Virus record (IMG/VR): IMGVR_UViG_3300044648_000299 | Coordinates: 1-60,536 of that record | Length of the DNA stretch: 60,536 nucleotides | Reading direction: 5' to 3' (one strand) | From: a virus | Lineage: Duplodnaviria > Caudoviricetes | Shown here: piece after piece, positions 36,716 to 47,146 of the stretch | How the letters are laid out: every line of letters begins with the position of its first letter | Numbering within the stretch: position 1 is the stretch's first letter | Notes under the pieces: model-generated | Told to the model about the DNA's origin: nothing | Databases searched by the model: none | The model's input: the letters and a program-made list of their open reading frames with translations, nothing else | Translations under genes and position numbers: made by a program

Positions 36716-39700
36716 CTACAGAGTGCGCAGCTGCCACGCCTGCTGGGCGGTCGTGACCTGACCGATCTCGTAGGCCGTCTGGTCGTTGCGCACCACGTAG
36801 GTGTTGTTGATCTGCGGTGCCAGGCCCGTCGCCGAAGTCACCGCCGAAGCGCCGGCGTTGGCGAACCCGCCCACCGCGAACCGGCGCGCAACCTCGAAAC
36901 CCATCCGTCTCGCGGTCTCCATCAGCAGGCTCACCGACCGCTGCGACCGGTTGATCGGGATGTACGCCTCGTCGTCCACCAGTCGGTCCCCGACGATCCG
37001 CCATGTGTTCGGCGGCACGATCGTCGCCACCCCGCCGCGCATCGGTGTGAGCCGGTGCACCCCGCCCGCCGCGTACGCCGCGGCGAACAGGTTGCCGTCG
37101 TGGGAGTAGGCCGCCTGACCTGGCTTCGGGGCCCCTGCCCCGGTGCCAGGATCGTGGTAGACGATGTTGACCGTCTTGGTGGCCGGCGTAGCCAGGAACG
37201 CGGCCAGCTCGTTGCGCGCCCGGTCGGAGTTCGCTGTGATCGTCACGTTGTTCGGCGTGGTCGTCACCGTGTAGCCCAGGTCGATGAGCTTGGCTTTCGC
37301 CTCGTCCGACAGCGACCGGACCGTGATCGGCTTGTCCGGCGGCACCCGGTCCACCAGTGCCTTCAGCACGATCAGCTCTTGCTGCGTGTCCGACATGCCC
37401 GGTGCCTGGATTAGCGTCGACAAGGTCGACGGGATCAGTTCGTACCGGTCGGCCAGCATCTCTGCCTGCTCGGACGTGAGCCCGAGCTGAGCGGCCTGCG
37501 CCACGAACGCGTCCCGTGCGGACGCCGCCGCTGACGTGGCCTTCGCCAGCGCTGACGGCACCGACTCGCCCTGAGCGATAGCCATGTCGTAGGTCTTCTG
37601 CGCCACGTCCGCCGTGCCCGCCGAAATGTCCTGAAGTGACTCGAACAGGGTGCGGCCGTTCGCGACCGTCGTGTTGATCGACCCGTCAGCACGGATCAGG
37701 GCGTCGCCCCAGCCCTTGGTCTTGTCGACGTTGTCGCCGAACGCCTCCCCCAGACGGGCGAGCTGCTCGTTCAACTTCGACTGCGCCGCCTCCAACGTGA
37801 TCTGCCCACCCGACAGGGCATCCATCGCGTCCTTCAACGCCCGCGCCTTCTCATCCGCCGACGCAGTGCTGTCGGCCAGCACCTCCATCGCCGCACCGAA
37901 CGACCGGCCCGCGTCCGTGGCGTCCACCATCGACGCCGACCCCGACTTCAACGCCGCTTCCAACTCGGCGTTCTTCTGCTGCGCCGCGGTGTACTCCGGC
38001 AGCAGACCGGACAGCTGCTCCCGCAGCTCCTGCGCCTTGTCGGCCATCGGGTTCTGCCCGGCGACCTGCCCCTCCAACTGCCCCTGGCCTTCGATGGCCT
38101 TCAGGTAGGAGTCGATCGCGCCGTTGACCTGCCCCAGCGCGTCCCGATTGCCCAGGTAGGCGTCCGTCAGCACGTCAATCGGGATGCGCAGGTCACGAGC
38201 CAGATCAGCCGCACCCTCGTCCTGGAGTCGCTTCGTGGCCATCATGCGGATGTTCTCGGTGATGGCCCCGTTGGAATCCCGCAGCGCTGACGCGAGGCTG
38301 TCGACCGCAGAGCGGTGCCGGGCAGCGTCCTGCGCGGCCTCCTGCTGGCTGGCGCCCAGCAGCGACAGGCCGATCGCGGCACCCGCGATGGCGATGCCGA
38401 ACGGGCCGCCGAGCGCGGCGACGAGGCCGCTGGCCCCGAGGCGAAGCGCAGTCCCGCCGGCCGCGGCCGCGCCTGCGGCCGTACCGAACCGGGTGGCACC
38501 CGCAGACGCCTGGTCGAACGAGCTCGCCATCGCTGAGAGCGCCGGAGACCGCTCCACCAGCGTGCCCAGCGCGGCGGACATGCGGCCGATCGGCTCGCCC
38601 GCCGCCGCAGCACCGGCACGGATCGCCGTGGCCTGATCGCCGAACTCTCGTGCCGCCGCGACCGCCGGGACGGTGCTCGTGCGGTAGGCGGCCATCGCCG
38701 AACCGAGACGGCCGATCTCCTCGCCGTTCTGCGCCGCCAACTGCCGCTGAACTGCCATTTCGCCGCTGAACTGCCTCAGCCCCGACAAGGCGGTCGTGTT
38801 GCCCAGCGCCTGCTGTGCGACACGGAACGCCACCAGCGCGATGACCGCGGTCTGCACCGGGCCGGGCAGCTCGGAGAAGCCCTGCACCAGGGCGCCCAAG
38901 AGCTGCCCGATCGGCACCAGGATCGACGACGCCAACTTCAGCACGTCCCCGGCGACCCCGACAGCAGCGCCGAACGCGCCCACCACGCCCGCGCCGTCGC
39001 CTGCCTCGCGGACCACCGCAGCCACACCGGTCGCGACCGGGCGCACCGCGGCCACCGTGTTGTCCAGAACGTCGGTGAAGTCGTCGAACAACTCGATCGA
39101 GGTGTTGATCAGCTCGTTGAGAGGACCGACCCCTGCACGCGCCAGCGGCGCCAAGATGTCCCGTGCCGCATCCGCCACGACAGCCCCGCGGGAACGGATC
39201 GCCTCCGCCAGCCGCGGCCCGTACACCTCGGCCACGGCGACACCGGTCGCCAAGCCCTTCTCGACCGTCGAACCGAAGTCGCCCACGAACGACGCCGCGG
39301 CCAGGACCAGCCGCTCCAGGTAAGGGGCGATCGACTCGTAGATCCCCAACCCCGCGTCCTCGGCCTGCGAGCGCAGCTTGTCCAGCGCCCCGCCGAGACC
39401 CTGCGTCTTCGCCGCCGCCACATCAGCGGCACCGCCCTGCCGGTTGACGGCAACAGCCATCTCGTCGAACGCCGACGCGCCACCGGACGCCAGGGCGACG
39501 ATCGCGGACAGGGGTTCGCGACCGAACGCTGTCGCCGCCGCCGACGCGAACTGCTCGTCGGTCATCCGGCCCTGCGCCGCAGTCAGCTGCTCGATGACCG
39601 TGCGCAGACCGACGAATCGGCCCTGCGAGTCGAACGCGACCACGCCGAGCTCGGTCAGCGCCGCCGCTGCGGGCTTCGACGGCGCCGCCAGCGACGCGAG

Positions 39701-40384
39701 CATCCCCCGCAGCGCCGTACCAGCACTGTCGGCCTGGATACCGTTGTTAGCCAGCAGACCGACAGCCGTCGCGGTGTCCTGGATCGAAATCCCGACACTG
39801 GCGGCAACCGGGCCGACGTACTTCAACGCCAGCGCCACGTCCGTGATCGACCCGGACGCGGCGTTCGCAGTGTTGGCCAGCGTGTCCGCCACCAGCGTGG
39901 CGTCCGACGCCTGCAACCCGAACTGATTGATGGCCGCCGACTGGATCTCCGCCGCCGCAGCGCCCTCGATCTGCGCCGCCGCCGCCAGCTGGATCGTGCC
40001 GCGGGCCGCCTCCATCGACTCCGCCAGCGTGAGGCCGCCCTTGGTGAGCTCCAGCATCACCGCCGCGGCGTCCGCACCCGACGTCGCCGGCAGCGACAGG
40101 TCCGAGCCCAGTGCGCGAGCGGCGTTGCCGACCGCGACCATCTGCGCCCCGGTCGCACCGGACACGGCTTGCAGTTCGTTGAGGGTCGACGTGTAGTCGA
40201 TGCCGAGCTTGATGGCCGCGCCGATCCCGACCGACGCGACACCGATGCCGGCGGCGACCGCCACACCGATCGCCCGCCCGGCGATCCCGGCCACGCCGAC
40301 CGATGAACGCAGCCCCGACTCCAACTGCCGCGGGAAGCCGCGGACGTCGGGCTCTACCGGGATGCGGACGACGCCACCGGGCAT
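36716..40384 (-). CDS. Tape measure protein
   Basis: 1222 aa, Ala-rich; TP901-like core (LKYVGPVA, GTALR.ML..L); GEAYIP-like C-terminal motif. Confidence 0.95.
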   Translation of the reverse strand: MPGGVVRIPVEPDVRGFPRQLESGLRSSVGVAGIAGRAIGVAVAAGIGVASVGIGAAIKLGIDYTSTLNELQAVSGATGAQMVAVGNAARALGSDLSLPATSGADAAAVMLELTKGGLTLAESMEAARGTIQLAAAAQIEGAAAAEIQSAAINQFGLQASDATLVADTLANTANAASGSITDVALALKYVGPVAASVGISIQDTATAVGLLANNGIQADSAGTALRGMLASLAAPSKPAAAALTELGVVAFDSQGRFVGLRTVIEQLTAAQGRMTDEQFASAAATAFGREPLSAIVALASGGASAFDEMAVAVNRQGGAADVAAAKTQGLGGALDKLRSQAEDAGLGIYESIAPYLERLVLAAASFVGDFGSTVEKGLATGVAVAEVYGPRLAEAIRSRGAVVADAARDILAPLARAGVGPLNELINTSIELFDDFTDVLDNTVAAVRPVATGVAAVVREAGDGAGVVGAFGAAVGVAGDVLKLASSILVPIGQLLGALVQGFSELPGPVQTAVIALVAFRVAQQALGNTTALSGLRQFSGEMAVQRQLAAQNGEEIGRLGSAMAAYRTSTVPAVAAAREFGDQATAIRAGAAAAGEPIGRMSAALGTLVERSPALSAMASSFDQASAGATRFGTAAGAAAAGGTALRLGASGLVAALGGPFGIAIAGAAIGLSLLGASQQEAAQDAARHRSAVDSLASALRDSNGAITENIRMMATKRLQDEGAADLARDLRIPIDVLTDAYLGNRDALGQVNGAIDSYLKAIEGQGQLEGQVAGQNPMADKAQELREQLSGLLPEYTAAQQKNAELEAALKSGSASMVDATDAGRSFGAAMEVLADSTASADEKARALKDAMDALSGGQITLEAAQSKLNEQLARLGEAFGDNVDKTKGWGDALIRADGSINTTVANGRTLFESLQDISAGTADVAQKTYDMAIAQGESVPSALAKATSAAASARDAFVAQAAQLGLTSEQAEMLADRYELIPSTLSTLIQAPGMSDTQQELIVLKALVDRVPPDKPITVRSLSDEAKAKLIDLGYTVTTTPNNVTITANSDRARNELAAFLATPATKTVNIVYHDPGTGAGAPKPGQAAYSHDGNLFAAAYAAGGVHRLTPMRGGVATIVPPNTWRIVGDRLVDDEAYIPINRSQRSVSLLMETARRMGFEVARRFAVGGFANAGASAVTSATGLAPQINNTYVVRNDQTAYEIGQVTTAQQAWQLRTL

Positions 40385-40411
40385 GACACCTCCCAGTGGA
40401 TGCGTGGAGGG

Positions 40412-40885
40412 TCAGGCCCAGTCGTTCGCCATCAGCCACTCGTCGAGCACGTCGTCCGGGTTCAGTTCGTCGACGCTGGGTTCGGCGGGCAGCAGGTAGG
40501 GCGACATGCGGTCCGCGAACTCGTGCAGCCGGTCGACGCTGTGCTTCCACGGCCGGTGTGCGATCGGCGGCACCGGCGGGAACGGCGGCGGTTTGATCCC
40601 CGCCGCGTCGGCGCGTTCACGCTGCGCCACCACGTCCGGATCCTCCGGATCGACAGTCCGGTCGGACCACAGCAGACCCAGGCGGTATGCCTGCTGCTCC
40701 AGCAGCAGGGCGGTGTTCTCCTCGTGCGCACCCCACGCCTGCAACTCGTTGACGTGGGCCACGAGGTCCAGCGCGGGCATCGTGACGATGCAGTCGCGCA
40801 GGTCGAGCCGGTAGTGGCGCCGGAAGCCGGTGAGGGTGGCGTCCCACTCGTGTCCCAGGACCCGAGTCAGGACGCCGAGGATCCC
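40412..40885 (-). CDS. Tail assembly chaperone T region (via -1 frameshift)
   Basis: -1 frame from GGGGGGA reads ILGVL...FRRHYRLDL into the 40412-40780 ORF. Confidence 0.8.
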   Translation of the reverse strand, partial: GILGVLTRVLGHEWDATLTGFRRHYRLDLRDCIVTMPALDLVAHVNELQAWGAHEENTALLLEQQAYRLGLLWSDRTVDPEDPDVVAQRERADAAGIKPPPFPPVPPIAHRPWKHSVDRLHEFADRMSPYLLPAEPSVDELNPDDVLDEWLMANDWA

Positions 40886-41379
40886 CCCTGGTCTGCGTCC
40901 TCGTCCTCGGCCTGGTAGCCGTGGCGCTCCAGGATGTCCTCGTCGGCGAGCGCGAACTCGCGCAGCGCCGCAGAAGCGCGGTAGATGCTGGCCTGCACAA
41001 GCATGGAGTGCAGCTTCGGCAGGTCGCCGATCACCGCGTCCAGTTCGGATGCGGCCGTGCCGTAGGGCAGCGGGGTCGGTTCGGGACGCGGACCGGCCTT
41101 CGCCGGTGTCGTCTCGGCGGCTTCGCGGGCGTCCATCGCCCGGTCCATCGCGACGATGTCCTTGCGAGTGCCGACGAGGTACGTCCAGATGGCCTTCAGG
41201 TCACCGGTGCGCATGAAGTACAGGCAGCGGACGACCTGGCGGGTGGTGAGGTCGGTGCGGATTTGCCACGTCCGGCCGGCGAGGGTGACCGGACGTGGCT
41301 TCAGCAGGCGTGCGGAGAGCAGCGCGTCGAGATCCAACGCGCCGCCCGCCACGGCCTCGGTGTTCTGGGTGCCCTGCAT
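40867..41379 (-). CDS. Tail assembly chaperone G
   Basis: Between MTP and TMP; slippery site before stop. Confidence 0.8.
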   Translation of the reverse strand: MQGTQNTEAVAGGALDLDALLSARLLKPRPVTLAGRTWQIRTDLTTRQVVRCLYFMRTGDLKAIWTYLVGTRKDIVAMDRAMDAREAAETTPAKAGPRPEPTPLPYGTAASELDAVIGDLPKLHSMLVQASIYRASAALREFALADEDILERHGYQAEDEDADQGGSSAS

Positions 41380-41394
41380 GGTCGTGCTCCTCGG

Positions 41395-41994
41395 TCAGGC
41401 GGCGAGCGGGTTGTAGTTCGAGTAGCGGCGCACGGCCTTGCCGCCGTCGGCCGGGGCGAGCGGCTTCAGCCGGAACGGCACCCGAGCGAGTTCGGCGCCG
41501 TCCATCGTCTCCGTCGGCAGGTTGTCCAGCGTGCACCGCGGAATCCACAGGGAGTTCTTCGAGACGTTGTCCGCGGCCCGCAACTGGAGCAGGATGCTGA
41601 ACTCCTCGTCGTCGCCCTCGGTCCACTCGTAGACGTCGGTGTCGGTGCCGACCTCGGCGATCGAGCCGCCCAGCAGCATCGTCAGCACCGTGGCCTTGGT
41701 CTTGATGTCGACGGCCTCGAACGCGATGACGTCGGACTTCTTGCCCTTGTGCAGGTAGTAGTCGTCGTCGGAGTTCCAGATCGTCTCCGGGGTGTTGTCC
41801 TGGCTGCGGTCGCGGGAGAACCCAGCCTTGATGCCGCCGAAGGCGAGCATCGCCGTCACGCCGTTGGTGGGTGCGGTGCCGAACAGGCCACCGGCGGTGT
41901 TGTCGGCGACGGGCATGGTGGCGTTCGCGGCACCGCGGAACGCATCACCGGTGATCCACTTGATCGCGTTGCTGGAGTCGGCCTTGCTGGCCAT
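41395..41994 (-). CDS. Major tail protein
   Basis: 199 aa, synteny, strong RBS. Confidence 0.8.
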   Translation of the reverse strand: MASKADSSNAIKWITGDAFRGAANATMPVADNTAGGLFGTAPTNGVTAMLAFGGIKAGFSRDRSQDNTPETIWNSDDDYYLHKGKKSDVIAFEAVDIKTKATVLTMLLGGSIAEVGTDTDVYEWTEGDDEEFSILLQLRAADNVSKNSLWIPRCTLDNLPTETMDGAELARVPFRLKPLAPADGGKAVRRYSNYNPLAA

Positions 41995-42106
41995 GTCTCA
42001 TCCCTTCCTGCGCGTAGCGCCCGCGCGCAGGCGGGCCTGAAGTGCCCTGCACGGGCCGAAAATGGGTGTCCCGCCCGACCGTGCAGGGCAGCAGGCGGGC
42101 GGGACG

Positions 42107-42538
42107 TCAGAAGGCCTGGCCGGACAGCTCGACGCGCGTGTAGGCGCCGAACAGCACCGCGGAGTCGGAGCGGTCCCGGTCAGGCAGATGCGGGGCGATG
42201 TCGATGACGCGGGTACCGAACCCGTAGTTCTGCCAGCGGTGCACCTCGACGGAGCCGAGGACACGCGCGGCGTGAGAAGCGATCATCCACACGACGCCCT
42301 TGACGTCCCGGTCAGGCAACTTCGGGCCCCACCCGGACACCTGGATCATCGGCCTGGACGACACGCCGGCGTCGTCGTCGAACACCACACCGGGTGGCCA
42401 CACCACCGCGTAGGGCTGCGACACATCGTCAGGGGCTTCGGAGTCCACCCGGCCGCCGCACGCCGTCATGAAGTCGACGTCGGCCCGCAGCAGCTCCAGG
42501 ACCGCGCCCTGCACCCAGGGGAACAGGGGGCCGGTCAC
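42107..42538 (-). CDS. Tail terminator
   Basis: Synteny; P...PY.VV...IQVS.W. Confidence 0.7.
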   Translation of the reverse strand: MTGPLFPWVQGAVLELLRADVDFMTACGGRVDSEAPDDVSQPYAVVWPPGVVFDDDAGVSSRPMIQVSGWGPKLPDRDVKGVVWMIASHAARVLGSVEVHRWQNYGFGTRVIDIAPHLPDRDRSDSAVLFGAYTRVELSGQAF

Positions 42539-42843
42539 TGCGACTCGTCCGCTTCGTAGATGCCGCGGCGCCGTGCGGCGTTGACGTGGCCCATGTGCGG
42601 TGGGGTGTCCGAGGTGCCGAACGTGATGTAGCTGGCCGCCGGGTCCGTGTTCACCGACGCCGGCGGATCACTCCCCGCCTCTACCCCGAACGACGAGGCG
42701 TACGACCCCGTCAGCGTCGGCGCCGAGGCAGCACCCTCCGCTGAGATGTCGCCCGCGATCTGCACCCGATCCGGGAACGACAGCTCCTCTGCCAGACGGC
42801 GGGCCTCACCGTCGAACACGATCACCTCGACACCGCGAGCCAT
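42535..42843 (-). CDS. HK97 gp10-like neck protein
   Basis: AP.LTG.Y..S...FGT....P. Confidence 0.65.
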   Translation of the reverse strand: MARGVEVIVFDGEARRLAEELSFPDRVQIAGDISAEGAASAPTLTGSYASSFGVEAGSDPPASVNTDPAASYITFGTSDTPPHMGHVNAARRRGIYEADESQ

Positions 42844-43214
42844 CACGCCCCCTGCATGTCGGAGATCAGCAGCAGCGTGGCCGAGGTGAACGGGCGCCGC
42901 ACTGCGGGCTTGCCCTCGACCCGCCACACCGCACCCGGCCCGCCGAGCACACCGCCCACGTCGACCACTTCGGTCTTCGCGGACACCACCGTGCCGGGAG
43001 GGAACAGGACGTCCCCGAGGGTTGTGGTGAACGACGAGGACCCCTCGACCTCGCTAGCGGACGACACGTTCGTCGTGGCCCGCTGCGACAGCCGGCACGG
43101 CTGACCCGTCACCACCACCGGTGAGCCCAGCACCGGCCGCCCGGTCACCGGGTCAGGCGTTGACGCTGTCCCCGGATGCCGCAGCGTCACCTTGTGCGGA
43201 AACTTGGGACGCAT
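42843..43214 (-). CDS. Head-to-tail stopper
   Basis: DP..G.P; WRVEGKP. Confidence 0.7.
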   Translation of the reverse strand: MRPKFPHKVTLRHPGTASTPDPVTGRPVLGSPVVVTGQPCRLSQRATTNVSSASEVEGSSSFTTTLGDVLFPPGTVVSAKTEVVDVGGVLGGPGAVWRVEGKPAVRRPFTSATLLLISDMQGA

Positions 43215-43392
43215 CCGGAGCCACCTCCTCCGCCAGCTGCACCGTGCCGTTCTCCAGGCCCTCGCGCACCCACTTCGCGTCCGCCGACGCGTAGTGCGGG
43301 TTGCCCTGCCGCTTGCCGTTGTCGTTGAGCTTGTACACCGCGACCAGCCCGCTCTTGGGCTGCTCGGTCTGCTTCTTGGCGCTGGTGGCCAT
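43153..43392 (-). CDS. Small hypothetical virion-region protein
   Basis: Follows adaptor; overlaps next gene by 62 nt. Confidence 0.5.
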   Translation of the reverse strand: MATSAKKQTEQPKSGLVAVYKLNDNGKRQGNPHYASADAKWVREGLENGTVQLAEEVAPDASQVSAQGDAAASGDSVNA

Positions 43393-43395
43393 GTC

Positions 43396-43785
43396 TCACC
43401 CCGGTCGGATCGAGAAGGCGCGCGTCGTGCGCGCCTCGGACTCTGGTGTCAGGTCAGCGAGCTCCGCATCCGTCAGATCCAGCCCGGCCGCCGCCGCCTT
43501 CGTCAGCCGGTACGACCACTCCGGGTACTGCTCCGACTCGTACCCCGCACCGGCCTCGTAGGACGACAGGAGCCGGGACGCGACCTGCCGGACCACGTCC
43601 CGCACCCACAGCGCGTCCAGCGTGCCCGCAGCTATCCACTCGTCGATCAGCGGGCGTCGCTTGCGGATCAGGCGGGAGATCGCGCCCAGAAACTCCTGCA
43701 TCTGAGCCCGCTCCGGACTACCCGGCTCGAACTCGGCTTTCAGCCAGACGGCCACGTCCTCCACCGTGGCGAACGACGCGGCCAT
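43396..43785 (-). CDS. Head-to-tail adaptor
   Basis: FATVEDV; L.LTDAE...L.P; AFSI. Confidence 0.75.
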   Translation of the reverse strand: MAASFATVEDVAVWLKAEFEPGSPERAQMQEFLGAISRLIRKRRPLIDEWIAAGTLDALWVRDVVRQVASRLLSSYEAGAGYESEQYPEWSYRLTKAAAAGLDLTDAELADLTPESEARTTRAFSIRPG

Positions 43786-43791
43786 CTCGCC

Positions 43792-44073
43792 TCACCCCTT
43801 CGCGCTGTCGACCAGGGCGATCACGTCGTCCCTGCTCGCATCGTCGGGCACCACGATGTCGAGACCCTCGGCGTACGCCTTCCACGCCTCCAGCCCCGAC
43901 CCCTTGCCGGACCGCGGCGGCTCCTCCGACTCGCCTTCCGACGACTCCGCCACCTCGCCAGCAACCCACGCCTTCGGGTTCGTGATCCGGCCCGCCACAT
44001 CCGACGGCACCTCGTCCTCCGGCCCGAACACCCGCCCGTCCACGTGCACGAACCCCGCCAGCCGCCGCATCAC
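43792..44073 (-). CDS. Small capsid-associated protein
   Basis: FGPED.VP..A..ITNP.AW; PP.SG.GS..EAW..YA. Confidence 0.7.
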   Translation of the reverse strand: MMRRLAGFVHVDGRVFGPEDEVPSDVAGRITNPKAWVAGEVAESSEGESEEPPRSGKGSGLEAWKAYAEGLDIVVPDDASRDDVIALVDSAKG

Positions 44074-45086
44074 AGCACGTCCGCGACGAACGACAGGTCC
44101 GGGTCACCCAGGATCGGCAGAGCGATCGCCGACCCGATCGTGAACACCCGGATCGGCGTGGTCTTCTGCTTGAACGCGCCCACCACCAGCCCCGGCAGAT
44201 CAGCGCCACCGAAGCCGTACTCCGGCTCCTGCGCCTCCAGCGTCGTGCCGTACAGCGTCGCTCCCAACGCGTTGCCCCGCGGCGGCAGCAGCAGCACCTT
44301 GTCCGCCGCGATGTAGCGCTGCACCGTGCCAGCCCGCCGCGCCTTCGCGTCGTACACCGTGATCGGCGGCAGGTCGAAGTCCGCCAGCACCGTGTTCAGC
44401 TGCGTCACCGTCACCTGAGGCGCGGTGGCCGCGAGCGGGAACACCTGCCCCTGGACCTCGGCGTTGCGCAGCAGGTGCCCGCGGGCCTGGAGAGACATCA
44501 GGATCGCGCCGGGGCGCTGACCGTTGGTCTCCGCGTAGGTGTCCGACCACGCTTGCAGGTCGCTGATCGGCGTCGAGGTGGCGTGATCGGACCACGCCAC
44601 GGCCGCGGTCACGCTGTGCGTGCCGGACCGGGCGAAGTCGACCGTGGCCTGCACGCCGCGTTCGTTGAGCGTCACCGTCGCCGAGACCAGGGCCTCCGCA
44701 CGCGCGTACTCCATGCGGATGTCGATCTGCTTGGCGATGCGCGCCGCGTCCCGCAGCAGCAGGTTCCGGATCTCCTCGCCCGCGTTGCGCAGGCGCAGGT
44801 TGTTGTACTCGTCCAGCACGTACTGCTGGCCGATCGGGGGCAGCTCACCGGTCACCCGGCTGATGCCCTCGCGGGCGCCGAAGCCCGGCTCGGCGTCGTA
44901 GGCGCGGAACTCCGCGGCCTCCAGCAGCCCACCGCCACCGCGGTTGAAGCGGTAGACCAGGTCGTTGACCGGCTGGTAGGGGAACCAGTCGGCCAGGGAC
45001 AGTTCGTTCTCCGGCCGGTCTTGCAGTGCCGCACGGGCGTAGCCGCTCAGTTCGGGGGGAGTGACGTACTCGTCGTAGATGTCCAT
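44070..45086 (-). CDS. Major capsid protein (lambda E-like)
   Basis: 338 aa; R.YDAE, GELPPI, WSD....PI.DL..W; follows decoration gene. Confidence 0.9.
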   Translation of the reverse strand: MDIYDEYVTPPELSGYARAALQDRPENELSLADWFPYQPVNDLVYRFNRGGGGLLEAAEFRAYDAEPGFGAREGISRVTGELPPIGQQYVLDEYNNLRLRNAGEEIRNLLLRDAARIAKQIDIRMEYARAEALVSATVTLNERGVQATVDFARSGTHSVTAAVAWSDHATSTPISDLQAWSDTYAETNGQRPGAILMSLQARGHLLRNAEVQGQVFPLAATAPQVTVTQLNTVLADFDLPPITVYDAKARRAGTVQRYIAADKVLLLPPRGNALGATLYGTTLEAQEPEYGFGGADLPGLVVGAFKQKTTPIRVFTIGSAIALPILGDPDLSFVADVL

Positions 45087-45102
45087 CTAGTACAGCCCTC
45101 CC

Positions 45103-45492
45103 TCAGTAGAAGATGATCCGGCCGGCGACGTCGACCTGACCGGCCGCGTCGACGGGAACGGGGAGCTTGGCGTTGACGACCTTGCCGTGGTCGAGCATCG
45201 CCCCGACGGGGTCGATGGTGTTGACCGACGGCGCGGACACCGCGGCGAACAGGAAACCGGCCAGGGTCTGACGGCCGTCGGCCGCGGCGTTGTCGTAGGG
45301 CCCGTACTTGCCCGTGGCGGTGATCTTCGCGAGGGCGATGCCGCTCTTGAAGAACCCGTTGGGGTAGTGCGTGGCCGGGGTGAAAGTCGAGGTGTCGAGC
45401 GTGACGCTCGCGCACTCCCCGACACCGTGACGAGACCCCAGCCAGGACTGGTCGTCCACGGCGAACGTCTCGGTCCTCAGCGTGAGGTCCAT
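45103..45492 (-). CDS. Head decoration protein
   Basis: HYPNG..KSG.AL....GKYGPY...A.DGRQ..AGFL. Confidence 0.85.
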   Translation of the reverse strand: MDLTLRTETFAVDDQSWLGSRHGVGECASVTLDTSTFTPATHYPNGFFKSGIALAKITATGKYGPYDNAAADGRQTLAGFLFAAVSAPSVNTIDPVGAMLDHGKVVNAKLPVPVDAAGQVDVAGRIIFY

Positions 45493-45508
45493 GTTGTCCC
45501 TTTCAGGG

Positions 45509-46129
45509 CTAGTTCTGCTTCTGGTGCTGCTTCCGGTAGATCTCCATCCCGGCCGCGACGGACGCGGTGTTGGGCGGAGTGACCGGTGCGCCCTGACCGG
45601 GCAGCGGAGCGGGAGGCGTCGGCCCAGCGGACTTCGCGGCGACGAGCGCCGCCACGGACTCCGCCTGCTGCTTCAGGGCCGCCTCGTCGGTGGCCGTGAG
45701 GAGCAGCAGGTACTCCGCGGGGATCGAGTGCTCCGCTGCCGCCTGGAGGCGCAGTCGCTGCGTCCTCTCGGTGGCCAGTGCCTCTTCCGCCGCGGTGGCG
45801 CGGGCACGCTCGCGTTCCAGCTCGGTCAGGTTCTGCTGCTCCTGCTCGGCCTTCCACCGGGCGAGCTCGTCACGTTCCCGCTCCGCCGCAGCAGCGCGTT
45901 CACGCTCGGCCTGCAACGCGCGCAGGCCAGGCTCACCGAGAGGAGCGTCGAGCGGGTCGGGTGCCGCCGGTGGCGTCGCGCCTACCGGGGGAACCGCGGG
46001 GGGAGCAGCGGGGGCCGCCGGAGCCGGCGGGGTGTCCTCGGCGCCACCAGCGATCGCGAACACGGGCCCGCGGGAGGTGTGGCCGATGATGGTGCCCGGC
46101 GCAGGCCAGGCGTGGGTGCGGTCGGGCAT
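45509..46129 (-). CDS. Capsid scaffolding protein
   Basis: LGEPG.RAL.AER, LTE.ER; coiled coil. Confidence 0.85.
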   Translation of the reverse strand: MPDRTHAWPAPGTIIGHTSRGPVFAIAGGAEDTPPAPAAPAAPPAVPPVGATPPAAPDPLDAPLGEPGLRALQAERERAAAAERERDELARWKAEQEQQNLTELERERARATAAEEALATERTQRLRLQAAAEHSIPAEYLLLLTATDEAALKQQAESVAALVAAKSAGPTPPAPLPGQGAPVTPPNTASVAAGMEIYRKQHQKQN

Positions 46130-46168
46130 CGCGCCGTCTCCGTAGGGTTGGGCCCTGCGCGTCGCGCG

Positions 46169-47146
46169 TCAGAGCAGATAGCCGAACCGCCTGAGCTGCC
46201 GGAGCACCTCGGCGGCGTCCCACCCGGCCAACTCGGCCTGGCGGAAGATCTCGTCCGGCATCAGCCGGGGTGTGCGGGCGTTCGTGTACCGGCCCGTCCT
46301 GGTTACGCCCTCAGAGGCGAGGCGCTGACCGGCCAGCCCGCGGACCGTGGTCCCGGTCGTGGTGGCCTGCACCTGCTGCCCGTAGGCGGTCACCGTGGTC
46401 ATGCCCTGCTGGGCGTTGACGACCTGGCTCATGTCCGCGCCTAGTCGGATCGCCTCAGCACCGGCCTCGGTGAAAATCCGGTCCTGCTCCTCCGTAGAGA
46501 GCGACCGGAAGTAGTCCTCTGGCCGTGTCGTCCAGTCGCCGGAGTCCTCGGCAGCCGGGATGTGCAGGCAGTCGCAGTTTGGATGGCGCTTGAACGCCTT
46601 CAGGCGGTAGTAGCGTCGCCCGGCAAGGATTGCGCACCGCCCACACGACGGATGCTTCAGCATCCGCACGTAGTTCTTCGCGCTTCGCCGGGCCTGCATC
46701 CCGGTCTGCACCGCTGACCGGCCGATGTCTCGCACTCCAGCCGCCGTGACCGACTGCGCCACGAACGCGAACTGCGACAGCATCTGGGACTGCGACAAGC
46801 CGCGCGTGGTCACCGAGTTCGGCGCGTACACGAGGTTGAGCAGCCACGACCCGCCACCGTCGGTCAGGTCCGCGAACGCCTGTGGGTTGACCGCAGCCAC
46901 CGCACCGGGGTCGGCACCCTGGGCGTCCAGCACCTCGTCCAGGTAGCCGTCCGCGAGCGTCGCCGCGGCCACCTGGAGCGCGAGGAGCTGGGCTCCCATG
47001 TCGGCCACCACGTCACGCCACACCTCCGGACGCCCCCGAGCCACCCGCAAGCCCTGCGTGACCAGGGCCAACGCGGAGAGGGTGAGCTGCTTCTGTGCCG
47101 CGGAGTGAGCGAGAGCGACCTCAGCCACCCGCGGCGGCAGCACCAC
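46169..47146 (-). CDS. Head maturation / MuF-like minor head protein
   Basis: YVRM....SC.RCAILAG...RHPNCDC.H.P; RLMP..I. Confidence 0.75.
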   Translation of the reverse strand: MVLPPRVAEVALAHSAAQKQLTLSALALVTQGLRVARGRPEVWRDVVADMGAQLLALQVAAATLADGYLDEVLDAQGADPGAVAAVNPQAFADLTDGGGSWLLNLVYAPNSVTTRGLSQSQMLSQFAFVAQSVTAAGVRDIGRSAVQTGMQARRSAKNYVRMLKHPSCGRCAILAGRRYYRLKAFKRHPNCDCLHIPAAEDSGDWTTRPEDYFRSLSTEEQDRIFTEAGAEAIRLGADMSQVVNAQQGMTTVTAYGQQVQATTTGTTVRGLAGQRLASEGVTRTGRYTNARTPRLMPDEIFRQAELAGWDAAEVLRQLRRFGYLL

